A stretch of DNA of 62,401 nucleotides, filler included, from Choristocarpus tenellus KU-1152 (lineage: Eukaryota; Protista; Phaeophyceae): NCBI GenBank assembly GCA_964200185.2. It is 12 parts of 12 records of this genome, joined end to end, with 100 filler letters (N's around TTAATTAATTAA, not from the genome) between each part and the next. Parts side by side here need not be neighbours in the genome. Positions count along the whole stretch, not along the records: positions 47,784 to 51,504 come from CAXNAD020018305.1; positions 51,605 to 56,472 come from CAXNAD020012728.1; positions 56,573 to 59,205 come from CAXNAD020026106.1; positions 59,306 to 62,401 come from CAXNAD020022352.1; 8 more parts are not named here. One strand, given 5' to 3'. Numbering within the stretch: the stretch's first letter is position 1; each line of letters opens with the position of its first letter. This document shows positions 50,811 through 62,401 of this stretch, in pieces. The notes beneath the pieces are model-generated. The model worked only from the letters and a program-made list of their open reading frames with translations, made no database searches and had not been told where the DNA came from. The translations under genes were made by a program, and so were the position numbers.

Positions 50811-51098
50811 CAGTAGATAGTGATAGTGAATCCTAAGGCATATGATGAGCTTACTGGTGTGAGACCTTCGTTGCAAAATTAAGTTATCTGTGTGTAATGT
50901 TGGACCCAGTGACCCCAAATTCTGGATAATTTATAACTATGAGTGCTGCTGTTCAGTAGATAGTGATAGCGAATCCGAAGGCATATGATGAGCTTACTGG
51001 TGTGAGACCTTCATTGCAAAATGAAGTTACCTGTGTGTAATGTTGGACCCAGTGACCCCAAATTCTGGATAATTTATAACTATGAGTGCTGCTGTTCA
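50811..51098. repeat. Tandem duplication, 2 x 143 bp
   Basis: cagtagatagtgatag...gctgctgttca starts at 50811 and again at 50954, with few mismatches. Confidence 0.92.
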
Positions 51099-51604
51099 CA
51101 GCATGATCCGCCTACCCAGACATATTCACCGACAATAGATAATAAATCTCCCTTACATCTCAACACCAATACTGTTTTGTGTCAGTTTGTTTTACTTCGA
51201 TGGCTAACGTCAGCATGTGTGGTTAATTACAGTATCTCTTCCCGTACCAATTGCCAGGGCAACGACCTCCTTATCACTATTATGGTGATATGTGGTGTTT
51301 GCTTTCTCGAATTGTTGTGCCTTGACACCTGTTTTTGTATTCAATGTTCCTGACAGTGCTAATGCTGCACATAATTTTGCAAGTACTCCAGGTGCAGATT
51401 TGCGGAGCAGTTTCAGAAAACATAACCCCTTGGGGGGGGGGGGGGGGAATGGGGGTTTTTCATCATCGTCTTTTCCTCAAAAAGATGGGGGGGGGGGAAG
51501 GGAGNNNNNNNNNNNNNNNNNNNNNNNNNNNNNNNNNNNNNNNNNNNNTTAATTAATTAANNNNNNNNNNNNNNNNNNNNNNNNNNNNNNNNNNNNNNNN
51601 NNNN

Positions 51605-52006
51605 GATGTTGATTGTTATCGTACATCTCTCTAGATGTTGATTGTTATCGTACATCTCTCTAGATGTTGATTGTTATCGTACATATCTCTAGATGTTGAT
51701 TGTTATCGTACATCTCTCTAGATATTGATTGTTATCGTACATATCTCTAGATATTGATTGTTATCGTACTTCTCTGTAGATGTTGATTGTTATCGTACAT
51801 CTCTGTAGATGTTGATTGTTATCGTACTTCTCTGTAGATGTTGATTGTTATCGTACTTCTCTGTAGATGTTGATTGTTATCGTACTTCTCTCTAGATGTT
51901 GATTGTTATCGTACTTCTCTCTAGATGTTGATTGTTATCGTACTTCTCTCTAGATGTTGATTGTTATCGTACATATCTCTAGATGTTGATTGGTATCGTA
52001 CATCTC
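51605..52006. repeat. 29-bp minisatellite, ~14 copies, truncated by the contig start
   Basis: Unit gatgttgattgttatcgtacatctctcta, head to tail, no spacers. Confidence 0.95.
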
Positions 52007-52657
52007 GTGCAAACAAACTCTTACACATTTTTTTTTATCAACTGACTGGTCGACTAGTTGATCTCACCCCCCCCCTGTGATGCCTTAAATCAACAAAACA
52101 GAATACCTAACCCTAGAATATAAAAAAAATGTTGAAATGCCAAGAAACATGCAGCAAGTGAAGAAACGTCCGTACACAACTGCAAACACACGCATGGCAT
52201 GTCAGTGCCAGCAACCTGTGTTCGTTTGCTTTGGCCATTCTGGATCTCTCTGTGAGCAAGGCCCTTGATGGTTCCTGGCCCTCAACATCACAATATGTCA
52301 ACCAGGGAGAAAAGATCAAGGTAAGAATATTGTAGTGCGTCACACCTCTTCACCTCTATCTCTTATCACACAGACATATATATATATATACATACAAGGT
52401 AATACATTCTACTTGAAAATAAAATAGAGAGGAGTATGCATATTATTTTTCTTTACCTATGACTTATTCTATATCTAACCCTAATCCAGTACTACACAGT
52501 ACGCTACAAGAACATCAACGTTTTTCTCAATATTAATGATTCTTGTAGCAGTCCCTAGTCATATACCAGCATATAGCACCTAAAATGCCCTTTCTCAGAG
52601 GTTCAGATTCCGAGGGGATGAATTTATTTCCCGGAACAGACCTTTTGCTTGTGAACT

Positions 52658-52789
52658 ATCAGTAGATATGAATTATCCATAGATGTTACAATCAATAGAT
52701 ATGAAGTATCCATAGATGTTACAATCAATAGATATGAAGTATCCATAGATGTTACAATCAATAGATATGAAGTATCAATAGATGTAAAC
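52658..52789. repeat. 33-bp minisatellite, ~4 copies
   Basis: Unit atcaatagatatgaagtatccatagatgttaca. Confidence 0.92.
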
Positions 52790-55302
52790 TGTCGATAGAT
52801 GCACGCAAAAATCAAAGGTATTTGACTGGGCTCTTAAGGTACCTCATCTGCTTTGTTGTATATTTATGCCAACCTCCTGTCTCCGTTGAAGTCCCTCAAG
52901 ACTGAGTTACCCAAGTAAATAATATTTTTCTTGTAAACTAAAGTGAGAATAATGATATGTAATGATCAAACACGACTTCAATTCACACTTTTATATCATA
53001 ATGGGTTTAGATATCAATATTTACATAACATATATCTTTTTGTCTTACCATAGAAAAATATCGTTTTTGATCAGGTGGATGTGCGACTGTCTACCCCCCC
53101 CTCCGCCCTTCCCATCCCCCCATATGGCATATATAGCAAACTGTATTATCCCAAGCATGAATCGGTGTTTGTTTCCATGCCAAAGCTGAGGTTGCAAGGG
53201 ACAATAGTAGACGACTTGTTGGTTTGGTGCGTTAAAAAAGGATGGCCGTGCGTCATATCCACAAATGTGTATGTCGGAGATCACAAAAAGGGAACCTGTC
53301 CCTGATGTAATTGTTCTAGTCATGTATATGCCCTATCTAATATACCTTAGAAATTGTTATTTTTCTTGGACTGGTCATCGTAAGGAGCTTTTGAGCATAA
53401 AGACCTTTATATTTTCATATGTGTGTGAAAAAATTTGTGTATGCTACATTATATATATATATATATATATCCTTGTTTTCAAAGGTGAGATCTCAGACAT
53501 TGCTTGTACATTTGAAAACAAAGGTGAATTTATTTACTCAGTATTTTTTTTTTGTACTGTTGTGAATTGAAATAATTGGTGCTGTGAATCAACGCAAATC
53601 CAATCATATCACAAGCGTTTTATTTTAAAAATGGAATAAACAACATTTTTTTTTATTTCAAGTGGTTTGGTTAGTGTACCCTTTCGATTGTGTTCACGGT
53701 GTGCTTTGTGCCCCTTCAGATTTTGTTTTTAGTCGTAATTAATTTCATGGTACTCATACATTTTTTGTTTAATCCACTACAGTGGATTTCTTATTTATTC
53801 TTTTGAATAATATATGTGTTACGTTTCATGCAAAAAAAATAAATCAAGCGCTTTGTATTTTGAAAAGTTTTTTTTTCTCAATAAATGTTCGATTCCAAAG
53901 TGTCGGCGCACCAAAGTAAACTTTTCCCTATACATTCGTATAGAGTTATAAAATAACAATCCAATCTCTAGAAGTAATGAAGAGCATGGAACGGGTTTTG
54001 ACCGCAATACTGGTTATATTTAGTTATTTGGGTACTTTTGATGAATCAGACCGGCACGGTTAAATTGCCACAATTCACATCATGTTAGTGGTAGTTTGTT
54101 CTCTTTTGTCCTCTTTTGGTCTGGTTTATTGACATTTTGTTGTTTACTTTGAGGAAGTTGGGATTTGAGTTTGAAAACCAATGTGACTGTGAGGAGGGTT
54201 ATGTGGAGTAACCTCAACCCTAACCCTAAGATTTTTTTAGGATCCATCTAATTTTCTGGTGGCATATGTTTTTGTAAGAAACCGTTCACAGGTGTGGACT
54301 ATCGTTCATTTTAACTACTTGGGTGCTACACTCACCTTGCAGAAGAAAGGATTTTCATACTGATGCCCTCCTTCGAATGTCTTCATTTTCGTCTTGTCTT
54401 CTTCCTTAAGAAAAATAATTTTTTTGAATAAAAATGACCAAACCTCATGCCCTCCTCTTGGTCATTATTATAATTATCATTATTATGGTCTCCATCAGTG
54501 TAAATTACAATAAAATATAATTTTACTATTGCGCGATTTTGGGGATATTTTTTTGTTATATTTGAATAGCTGAGTTTCAGTTGCCAGCAGAGCCTCACAT
54601 TTGGTGAAGAAAAATATATTTAAGGCAAAGTTGTGCTACCTATCTATTTGTATATGTTTATCCCTGATTGGTGTGAGACAATTATTTACCCTCCCCTTTC
54701 CCCTCCCTTCTCTTGAAGAAACCCTTAGCATGATAGTACTAAGTATATCCAACAAATCATTGGCCTGCTGACTTTGAGGCCGGATCGGAGATTCCTGCCA
54801 ACTAATTATTCTAGAGGATCATTGTGACATCGTAAGGTGTACCATCTATTGCAGGGGGAGGGGGGGGGACAATGCTGTCAGTTTGGGTGATGCCCTAGTC
54901 GATGGGCTTGAAATGTGGATAGGGTTTAGGGTTATAAGTTATCACAATAAATAAAGTCCTATGCTGCAGTGGCATGGAGGAGCAGGGTCAATGGCATGGA
55001 AATCAACGGTTCAGGATAGGATAGGGCATTCACTACACCACACACCTGACTAAGAAAGGTGTTGACCTTAAATTTTCCTGGGGATTTACACCAGTACAGG
55101 TAGTTAGTTGCGACAGGGCAGGGCTATGAGCTGACTCGGCAAAAATAATATATGCAGGGGCTGGGCCAGGGCTCTAGAAAGTTTGGCAGGACCTGACTGA
55201 AGGCTTTCTCAGGCAAGGTGTACTCTACAAAGGACCAGGCACATTCTCGTTATTGGCTGGGCTACACGCATGTTTGTGAAAAAGGAGAAAATACGTGGTG
55301 TG

Positions 55303-55362
55303 AAAACTTGCACCGTATATATACATAAAACTTGCACCGTATATATACATAAAACTTGCACC
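55303..55362. repeat. 24-bp tandem repeat, ~2.5 copies
   Basis: Unit aaaacttgcaccgtatatatacat. Confidence 0.85.
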
Positions 55363-56434
55363 ATATTATTTTTTATGGTGTACAATGGTACTACCTCTCT
55401 AGGTATATCAAGAGTTTGTTTGGGCAGTGCATGGTCTTAGTCATTAAAAGGACTACCATGCTCTGAAACAAGGGGGGACAAACTGGTGCAATTCTTTCAA
55501 TGTGAGATGCAAAATTTGCGATGTTGGAGGCTTGCTATTACGTAGTATGATGTGGTAGTGTATTTTCAGATGCACTACATTGGATGATGTAAGGAAGTAT
55601 ACATTCTTGAAGTATATTAAAGTACATTGAAGTACTGCTGTTTTTATGCGTACATTCTTGAAGTACTCCTGGTAATAGAGTGTTCTGACATTTATGTGAT
55701 CTGGAAAACACCAATTAGTACCATGTACTGGAGTAGAACAAAATATTTGAAAAAATATCTCTTTTTGAGCTTCTTTTTTTTGTATGCTGTAGTAGTGGCA
55801 CAACTTCTTGTTACTGATGGTTTTCCTTCACCAGATATCATTCTTGGAGTTTTTTCAGCACGTCAGTAGCAGTAGAGTTTATGTTAGAGAAAACATTTAG
55901 ATGAGGAGTCACAAATGAGAAATCAGCAATCAGTCTGAACAGCGGGTTGTTGGCAAATGTGGAACTTCTGACAGGGCCGGCCCAGGAAAAATATCTTAAT
56001 TCATTTTTTAAAACTTATTGGAGAAGAAAAAAAAAGAAGAAAGGACCAGGTCAGGGGGCCGACCTAGGTGGTGCATCTTTTGATGGAGGCTAGCCAGGCA
56101 TTCATTAAATCTGACGAGACTGAGCTGTGACTGACCCAGTTCCCCCTGCCTCACCCGACTATCTGCCAGTCTGGTGTAAGGTCCTGATTTCGCAGACTTT
56201 GAATGTGGGGGAAGGGACAAGGGGAGGTTATCGCTTGTGGGCAGAACGCAAGAGGCATTGAAACCGTCCTTAATAGAGATACTGAAATTTCTTGTAGATT
56301 ATCACTGAATCTAATGACTCTATGCATGCTCTATTTCAAGCCAATCCTTTTTGTAGAAAAACAGGGGAAGTGGTGAAACCGTCTTGTCCTTTTTTTCAAT
56401 CAACAAATCTCATGCCAATTGACTTCCTTCCCCT

Positions 56435-56472
<38 letters not shown>

Positions 56473-56701
56473 NNNNNNNNNNNNNNNNNNNNNNNNNNNN
56501 NNNNNNNNNNNNNNNNTTAATTAATTAANNNNNNNNNNNNNNNNNNNNNNNNNNNNNNNNNNNNNNNNNNNNCGTTTTCGCAAAACAACCATCCTCATAG
56601 TCCCGCGCCATCCTCAATTTTGAGGATCCCATGTTATATGTATATAGTTTTCATTGGCTTCCCCCTGACACATCTGCAAAATGTCAGAGGGCATAATAAT
56701 A

Positions 56702-57150
56702 AAAATATAAGCATCTTAGGATCAGGATAAAATAAACGTTAAAAGAACAGAGGTGTGAGATAAAGAAAAAAGTATATGAAATGTAAAAGTCGAGATCACA
56801 GAGAGCAGTTAAAAACATGGAAAAGAGAAAAAATAAAATAAAACAAAGTAGACAAAATATAAGCATGTTAGGATCAGGATAAAATAAGCGTTAAAAGAAC
56901 AGAGGTGTGAGATAAAGAAAAAAAAATGTAAAAGTCGAGATCACAGAGAGCAGTTACAACATGGAAAAGAGAAAAAAATAAATAAAACAAAGTAGACAAA
57001 ATATAAGCATGTTAGGATCAGGATAAAATAAGCGTTAAAAGAACAGAGGTGAGAGATAAAGAAAAAATATATATAAAATGTAAAAGTCGAGATCACAGAG
57101 AGCAGTTACAACATGGAAAAGAGAAAAAATAAAATAAAACAAAGTAGACA
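56702..57150. repeat. ~150-bp A-rich tandem repeat, 3 copies
   Basis: aaaatataagcat.ttaggatcaggataaaataa...caaagtagac starts at ~56702, ~56854 and ~56998. Confidence 0.92.
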
Positions 57151-58501
57151 TTCCCAAACTGCTATCTTAATCAAAACTATTAAAATAGTCAAGAGCCATT
57201 TGTTAAATCAAGAATGGATATTATAGATACTCTAGATTAAAGTAAACCGTATTATGCTCCTACGGCAATTGGTGGTCTGGATAGATATTATTATTTGCTT
57301 AACGAGCATGGACTAAATGTAAGAGAAACAATATTTTTTCAGAGTCTAATATACAGGAAATATCCAAATATCTAAGATATAGAAAATTCGATTATAGGGT
57401 TTCAAAGGATCATATCAAGTCTTTGGAAGTGAGTGATTGTGCTCTTGCTAAATCCGGTACCAACATCCTTGAAATTAATGGTTGTAAAAATTATTATTAA
57501 TCCAACTCATATGCTTTTTAGTATCAGTTCTTAAAATGTTATCAGAGGGCAGAATACAAAAAGTCTTAACCCACTTAAGATGCAATTTTTTTCTTTTATT
57601 TAGCAAATCCAGGATTGTGAAGGTCTTAGAAAGCATGATAAACATCCAAGTATATTAGGGTAAAGTTGTTCATTGCTTCTGGTATTGTTACCTAGTCTGA
57701 CAACTGTCCATCTTAGAACTTTCCTTTGTACTACAATGCCATTTGCTAAGGTCTGACAAGTGTATATTGTTACTGCTCGATCTGAGTGTTGGAGTTCTGA
57801 CAAAAAGTACCCATGGTGACAGTGGGGATTGTTGGAAGCCTTGATCTTCTCTAAATGACAGTGTGCTCTAGTGTTGTCTACAAAATGTTGCTCCTAATAT
57901 AATTTCATAAGGTATGAATTCTTACTTATGTATACTGTTCGCGCATGTTGGCAAACGGAAAGAAATACCCACGCCATTCGCCTGTAACAGTACATTACTA
58001 GGGGAATGGGGCTGGTGAGGTGATAGAGGAAGGCGACGATGGTGCACGAGATAAGCAGGGGCAAGGAACCAGCTGAAGTAGAGCACAGAGACGGCTCTGC
58101 TTCGAGAATAAGCGAACAGGCTTCGATTTTGCAGGATAGTCATGGTCAGACGGAGAATAGAATAGGCGCACAAGAGGATCGGGTTGTTGAGGTGGCAAAG
58201 GACATTGATGACAGCCCACGAGGTAGGCAAGGGCGAGGAAGGTGAATAAGTGAAGCACAAAACTCTGCTTTGGGAATAGGCGGACAGGTTTCGGTTTGCA
58301 GGATGGCGAAGATCGTACAGAGAGCCGAATAGGCACACACGGAGATGGGGCAGGGGAGGTGGTAGGGAAGACGATCAAAGTCGCATAGAGAGGGGGCTGC
58401 CCCTCCTCGACAATGACGAGGAGGATGTACGAGAGCCGACGATAGGAGGTATCACTGGTATTCGACGGCCAGCCTCCCCCACTGGTGACCCCAACCCACA
58501 C

Positions 58502-58990
58502 CTACCTCAGCAACCACACCAGCTCACTCCGGAATACTGTGCGATTTGCTTTTCCCAGATACAACTGCCAGTACCCCCCTTCTCCAGCACACACACTCTC
58601 GATCTGGGCTGTGCCTCGGCTCTTTACCTCCGCGCCCGGCCCCTGCAACCCATCCCGTGCCCCACCTGCCGCACCCCCACAACCCCGGAACGCTACTACG
58701 CCGCCATGAAGAAGAATGTGGGAACCAAAGCCGTGCTGGAATCCATCCGTACACAATCATCATCTACCCCCTTTGCCATCCCACCTTTCCACTTACTCTC
58801 CAGCCCATGCCCCCACCGCCCAGCCCCTCTCCCTTCATTCCCCCCCTGCCCAAGCTGCCTATAGCCACTCCCCCCAGACAACCGGGGACCCCTCCCTTGT
58901 GGGTGCTTGCTCCACCCCATCTGCATGGTCAGCCTCTGTGAAGACCCAAACCACCCTTTCATATGCTCCCACTGTGGAACTCACCTGCCC
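58502..58990 (+). pseudogene. Degenerate tandem RING-finger coding sequence in a Pro-rich context
   Basis: CAICFSQIQLPVPPFSSTHTLDLGC...PCPTCR, then CPSCL*...(frameshift)LPCGCLLHPICMVSLC...FICSHCG. Confidence 0.5.
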
Positions 58991-60040
58991 ATCCCCACAC
59001 TTTTTAATCACACCTACACCACCCTCACCGGCCAAGGACACCTCCCGAGCGGGCTTATAGCCCGTTTGAATAACGCCACTGCATCCCAAATCCACCTTTT
59101 TTTATCACACAACATTCCAGGCCAAAACTTAAACCCCATACACCTCCCTCCACAGTTCGGGGCACCCCCTACCCCCCCAACCCCACCCCCCCCCACCAAC
59201 CCCCCNNNNNNNNNNNNNNNNNNNNNNNNNNNNNNNNNNNNNNNNNNNNTTAATTAATTAANNNNNNNNNNNNNNNNNNNNNNNNNNNNNNNNNNNNNNN
59301 NNNNNATTCTTGAGTTAAATTGAAAAGCGACTATTTATTATTTTTGTTTGTTTTGTTTCTATGGTTGTGGGGCTGTGGGGGGGGGGGGGAGGGAGGGGAG
59401 CTTCACTTGCAAATACAATCCTGGGTATGCGGAGTGTTGGGCAGCCCTTCTGTTGGCAGGGACTTGGACAAGGACAAGCAGAGACTGCAGAGTCGTGGTT
59501 TTAGTCTTTGACATTGCAACAAGGCTGTGATTGGTGGATTGCTTCCATTGACGGGTCCCACCCACCATGCCCGTTTTCACATGGAATCCAATGTTTTGCA
59601 CCTTGGAAACTCTTTTGCCTTGTGGAATATTCTTCTTTTCGAACCAGGTGTTGCCTTGTACATGCCTGATGGATTTTCTTGTCAAGTGCATCTCATCGTC
59701 ATGTTTGATCTGAATGGCGTTTTAACATCCACATTGTTGTTAATTTATTGAGAACCAAAGCGTGAGTTGTTTTTTCTTGTCACAGTCCCTCCCATGATTG
59801 TATTGGCAAAGTGCCCCTTGCTCTCTTGTGATTATCAAGTTCGACCCACTAAACAATTGAAGCCTACTAGGGTGCTGCCTGTGTTGAATCTTAGTAGTTG
59901 CCCTTCCACCTAGTTGGTATACACTAACAAGAACTTCATGTTTGTGTGTCACTGTTGTCTGTATTACTCAAGAGCCATATCGAATCTAAGGACCCAAGTA
60001 GTGAATTGTAAGGGTCAAAATCTTGCTTTCCAGTGGTATG

Positions 60041-60224
60041 GGCTCAAAGCATCTGGGGGGGGGGGTGACGGCTGTCCATTTGGGGCCCATTTTTCCATGT
60101 CGCGATTTTTGTGTGATTTGGTTACATGCGTCGGATGGATAATCTAAGTGCACTTTTCCTGATCAGGGCCCAAATGGACACCCTGGTGTAAACCCCCCCC
60201 TTCCCCCCCCAGATACTTTGAGCC
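60041..60224. mobile_element. MITE copy (same subfamily as 29522-29710)
   Basis: GGCTCAAAGCATCTGGGG ... CCCCAGATACTTTGAGCC, with a shared internal sequence. Confidence 0.85.
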
Positions 60225-60683
60225 AAACTGTTTGCCTCCAGGTTTTTTTTTAGCAATGGCACAGTGGCATTTGAAAGTTGAGCAGTTTGTTTTGGTCTTG
60301 TTAAAGGAAGTTGGATTGTTCTACCCTTTTTCTACCTCAATGCAGGTTCTGTCCATGAAGCGATAAAGGAGGGTATACTTGTTCCCCTTTTTCCCACCTC
60401 AAGTTTTATTGCAACGACTTGTGCACCAATGAACATGCTCCTCTTCCTGCCCAACGCATGAAATAGTAAAGTGACCCTAACCCTAACAGTGACAACCATA
60501 TTGATTTATATCATGGAGGGGGAAAAAAACAATCAAATCAATTGCACTACCTTCAACCTTCAACCACGACCGTTTTGTCATCATTGCCAATTTTAAGGAC
60601 CCCTCTTTCCCTAGCAGTACACTTCTAGCCCTTCTGCATTACATAGGAATCTCACTGCCACTCTGCTGGTGTTCGAATTATAG

Positions 60684-62126
60684 GTTTTTCCATGATGGGA
60701 GGTGTCTGCGGCGAGGGCGTCTCCTTTGCGTCTTGAGGAAACTCCAGGAGCTCCTGCTGTGGTTTAGACACCAAAACGCCTACCATTTCTACTCCAGCTC
60801 CATCCTACTTGCCTATGATGCTGATGCCGATAGCTCGAGTGCTGCTGATAATGGCACTGGCGTTGATTCTACTTTAGATGCTGGCACCGATGCTTGTCCT
60901 GTTTCCTACTGTGGCAATGCTGCAAGTTCTCATGTCGACATTGGCACTGGTGTCAATGATGGGCAGACAACAGCAGTGGCTCCAGTGTCTACAGATGTAT
61001 CTGTTGTGGAGGGTGCTCGAGGCAAGGAGAAGGAAATGATCAAGGCTTCAACGGAAATGGAAAGCTTAGGGGAGATGATGGGGGCAATAGGGGAGGGGGG
61101 AGATGAAGTGGAGGAGGAGGTTGAAGTACGTATGATTGACTTCACACACGCCTTGCCAATGGCAGGAATGCTAGGGGAAGGAGCAGGGGAAGGGGGAGGA
61201 ATGGGTGGTCCTTCACGGGATGAAGGTTATCTTTATGGTTTGACCCAGGTAATTCATCTATGTATTGTGTGATGTCCTGATTGGTGTAAAGCATGGCATT
61301 ATCTTCACTCTTTTTTGAATCCTCGATTATTGCTACAGTACTTGTGGTTGAAGGGGTAACTTAACCCTAACCCTAACCCTAACCCTTGTGGCTGAAGGGG
61401 TAACTGTTGGATTGTAAATCCTTGTGTAGAGCAAGTGAGATATTTGTGACCGAGATTTGTGACCGGGATGCGCCTTCCCCCGTTTGTACTTCCATCCTTT
61501 CCAGGTTGTGCTAACACTGGAAGAGATCCTTGAGGTGGATCGGTGCTCTCCTCCCTGCAGTTCGTCTTCAGCTCTGTCTTCCGTCCTAACTCACATGGCC
61601 TTTGTCAAGGCCCGATCATCATCCCACCTCCCTCCGTCACTCCCTTTCATGCTCAATATTAACTCTATTGTCAGCGGCAGTGGGTTGGACGCAACGATGA
61701 TTAACACGCCTCCTCGATTAAATCTAACCGATAAGGTTAGGGTTTTGACAGCTTGTGAAAGTGGAGTTGCAAGTGGAGGGGAAAGTGGAGGTGGAAGTGG
61801 CTCAGAGGAAGGTGGTGCTGGTCGCAGGAGATCATTTTCACAGGGCAGCGTGATGCCTGGGTCGGGGGAGTGTGAGGATCAGCATGAAAACCTTGTTGAT
61901 GTGACAGGCAGCTCAAGGACTGGGGGTGGGAGAAGGCGCAGAAGCTGGAGTGAGGATAAGAGAGGGGCAGGGAATGCTAGAGGAGAAGTGGGTGTGGGTG
62001 TGGGAAAGAGGGGGGGGTTAAGGAGGGCCCGGAGCAGTGCTAGAGAAGAGTTTGCAGCTCTGAGGGAGCGATTGTTGAGCCCTGGTCGTAGGGTGAGGAT
62101 GGGTGATTCTACAGAGTGCTGCATGG
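60684..62126 (+). CDS. Inositol polyphosphate kinase (IPMK/IP6K/IP3K family), 3' exons
   Basis: Exon 60684-61248 has FFHDG...FYSSSILLAYD (SSLL motif), VRMIDFTH (IDF motif) and DEGYLYGL. It is joined in phase 0 to an exon starting at 61505 (VVLTLEEIL), which ends either at a donor at 62127 or at the stop at 62221. Confidence 0.88.
61341..61405. repeat. Interstitial telomeric insert (~4 x CCCTAA) flanked by a 21-bp direct repeat, inside the kinase intron
   Basis: cttgtggttgaaggggtaact|taaccctaaccctaaccctaacc|cttgtggctgaaggggtaact. Confidence 0.9.
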
Positions 62127-62355
62127 GTGAGTTGAGTTGGTGTCTGTGTTTTGCTATGGCTTGTACGTTAGTTATTTTCTGTATACTGACTACTATAGTT
62201 GTGACTAATTGCTGTAGTTGACTGTTTGTTGAGTGGAGGTGCATTGTATATCACGTTCATCAATTTTTTTCTAGTGCAAGGCAAGAAGATTATATGATTA
62301 GACTATGGCTTGATTTGTTTTTTTGTTTGGTCAATTATAATTATCGTTCTGCTAC

Positions 62356-62391
<36 letters not shown>

Positions 62392-62401
62392 CACCTAGAG
62401 C

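Noticed and set aside
51605-52006. CRISPR-like array (29-bp repeats)
   Set aside because: The units are head to tail with no unique spacers, there are no cas genes, and the context is eukaryotic. It is a minisatellite.
54205-54935. Other telomere-like motifs (54216, 54920, 37455, 13025, 11222, 20931, 52476) as TSD-flanked inserts
   Set aside because: Flanking matches are <=4 bp or absent and indistinguishable from chance, so they were not counted.

Overview
Eukaryotic, intron-rich DNA, most likely from a brown alga or a close stramenopile relative. This is an inference from CFAP36, an alginate-lyase-type CBM32 domain, FNIP-repeat genes and TTAGGG-type repeats. The window is not contiguous: it consists of 12 short contigs joined by artificial 100-bp N44-TTAATTAATTAA-N44 linkers, so adjacency across linkers has no biological meaning. 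Gene models I could splice by hand with consistent intron phases are: RIC1 (5' part), a divergent glutamate formiminotransferase-like gene (complete), CFAP36 (5' part), an Asp-repeat/CBM32 gene (3' part), an intact ~22-repeat FNIP gene, an FN3-like/Cys-rich gene fragment, an inositol-polyphosphate kinase (3' part) and a five-exon pseudogene. Mobile DNA includes a mariner pseudogene, a deleted Copia, a Gypsy remnant, non-LTR 3' fragments and a MITE family with one nested insertion. The two most striking signals are (1) short telomeric (CCCTAA)n inserts each flanked by a 6-21 bp direct repeat, the footprint expected from telomerase acting at staggered internal breaks, and (2) FNIP/LRR-type arrays with hypervariable residues at a fixed position, one of them split by an inversion into an intact homogenised half and a decayed half.
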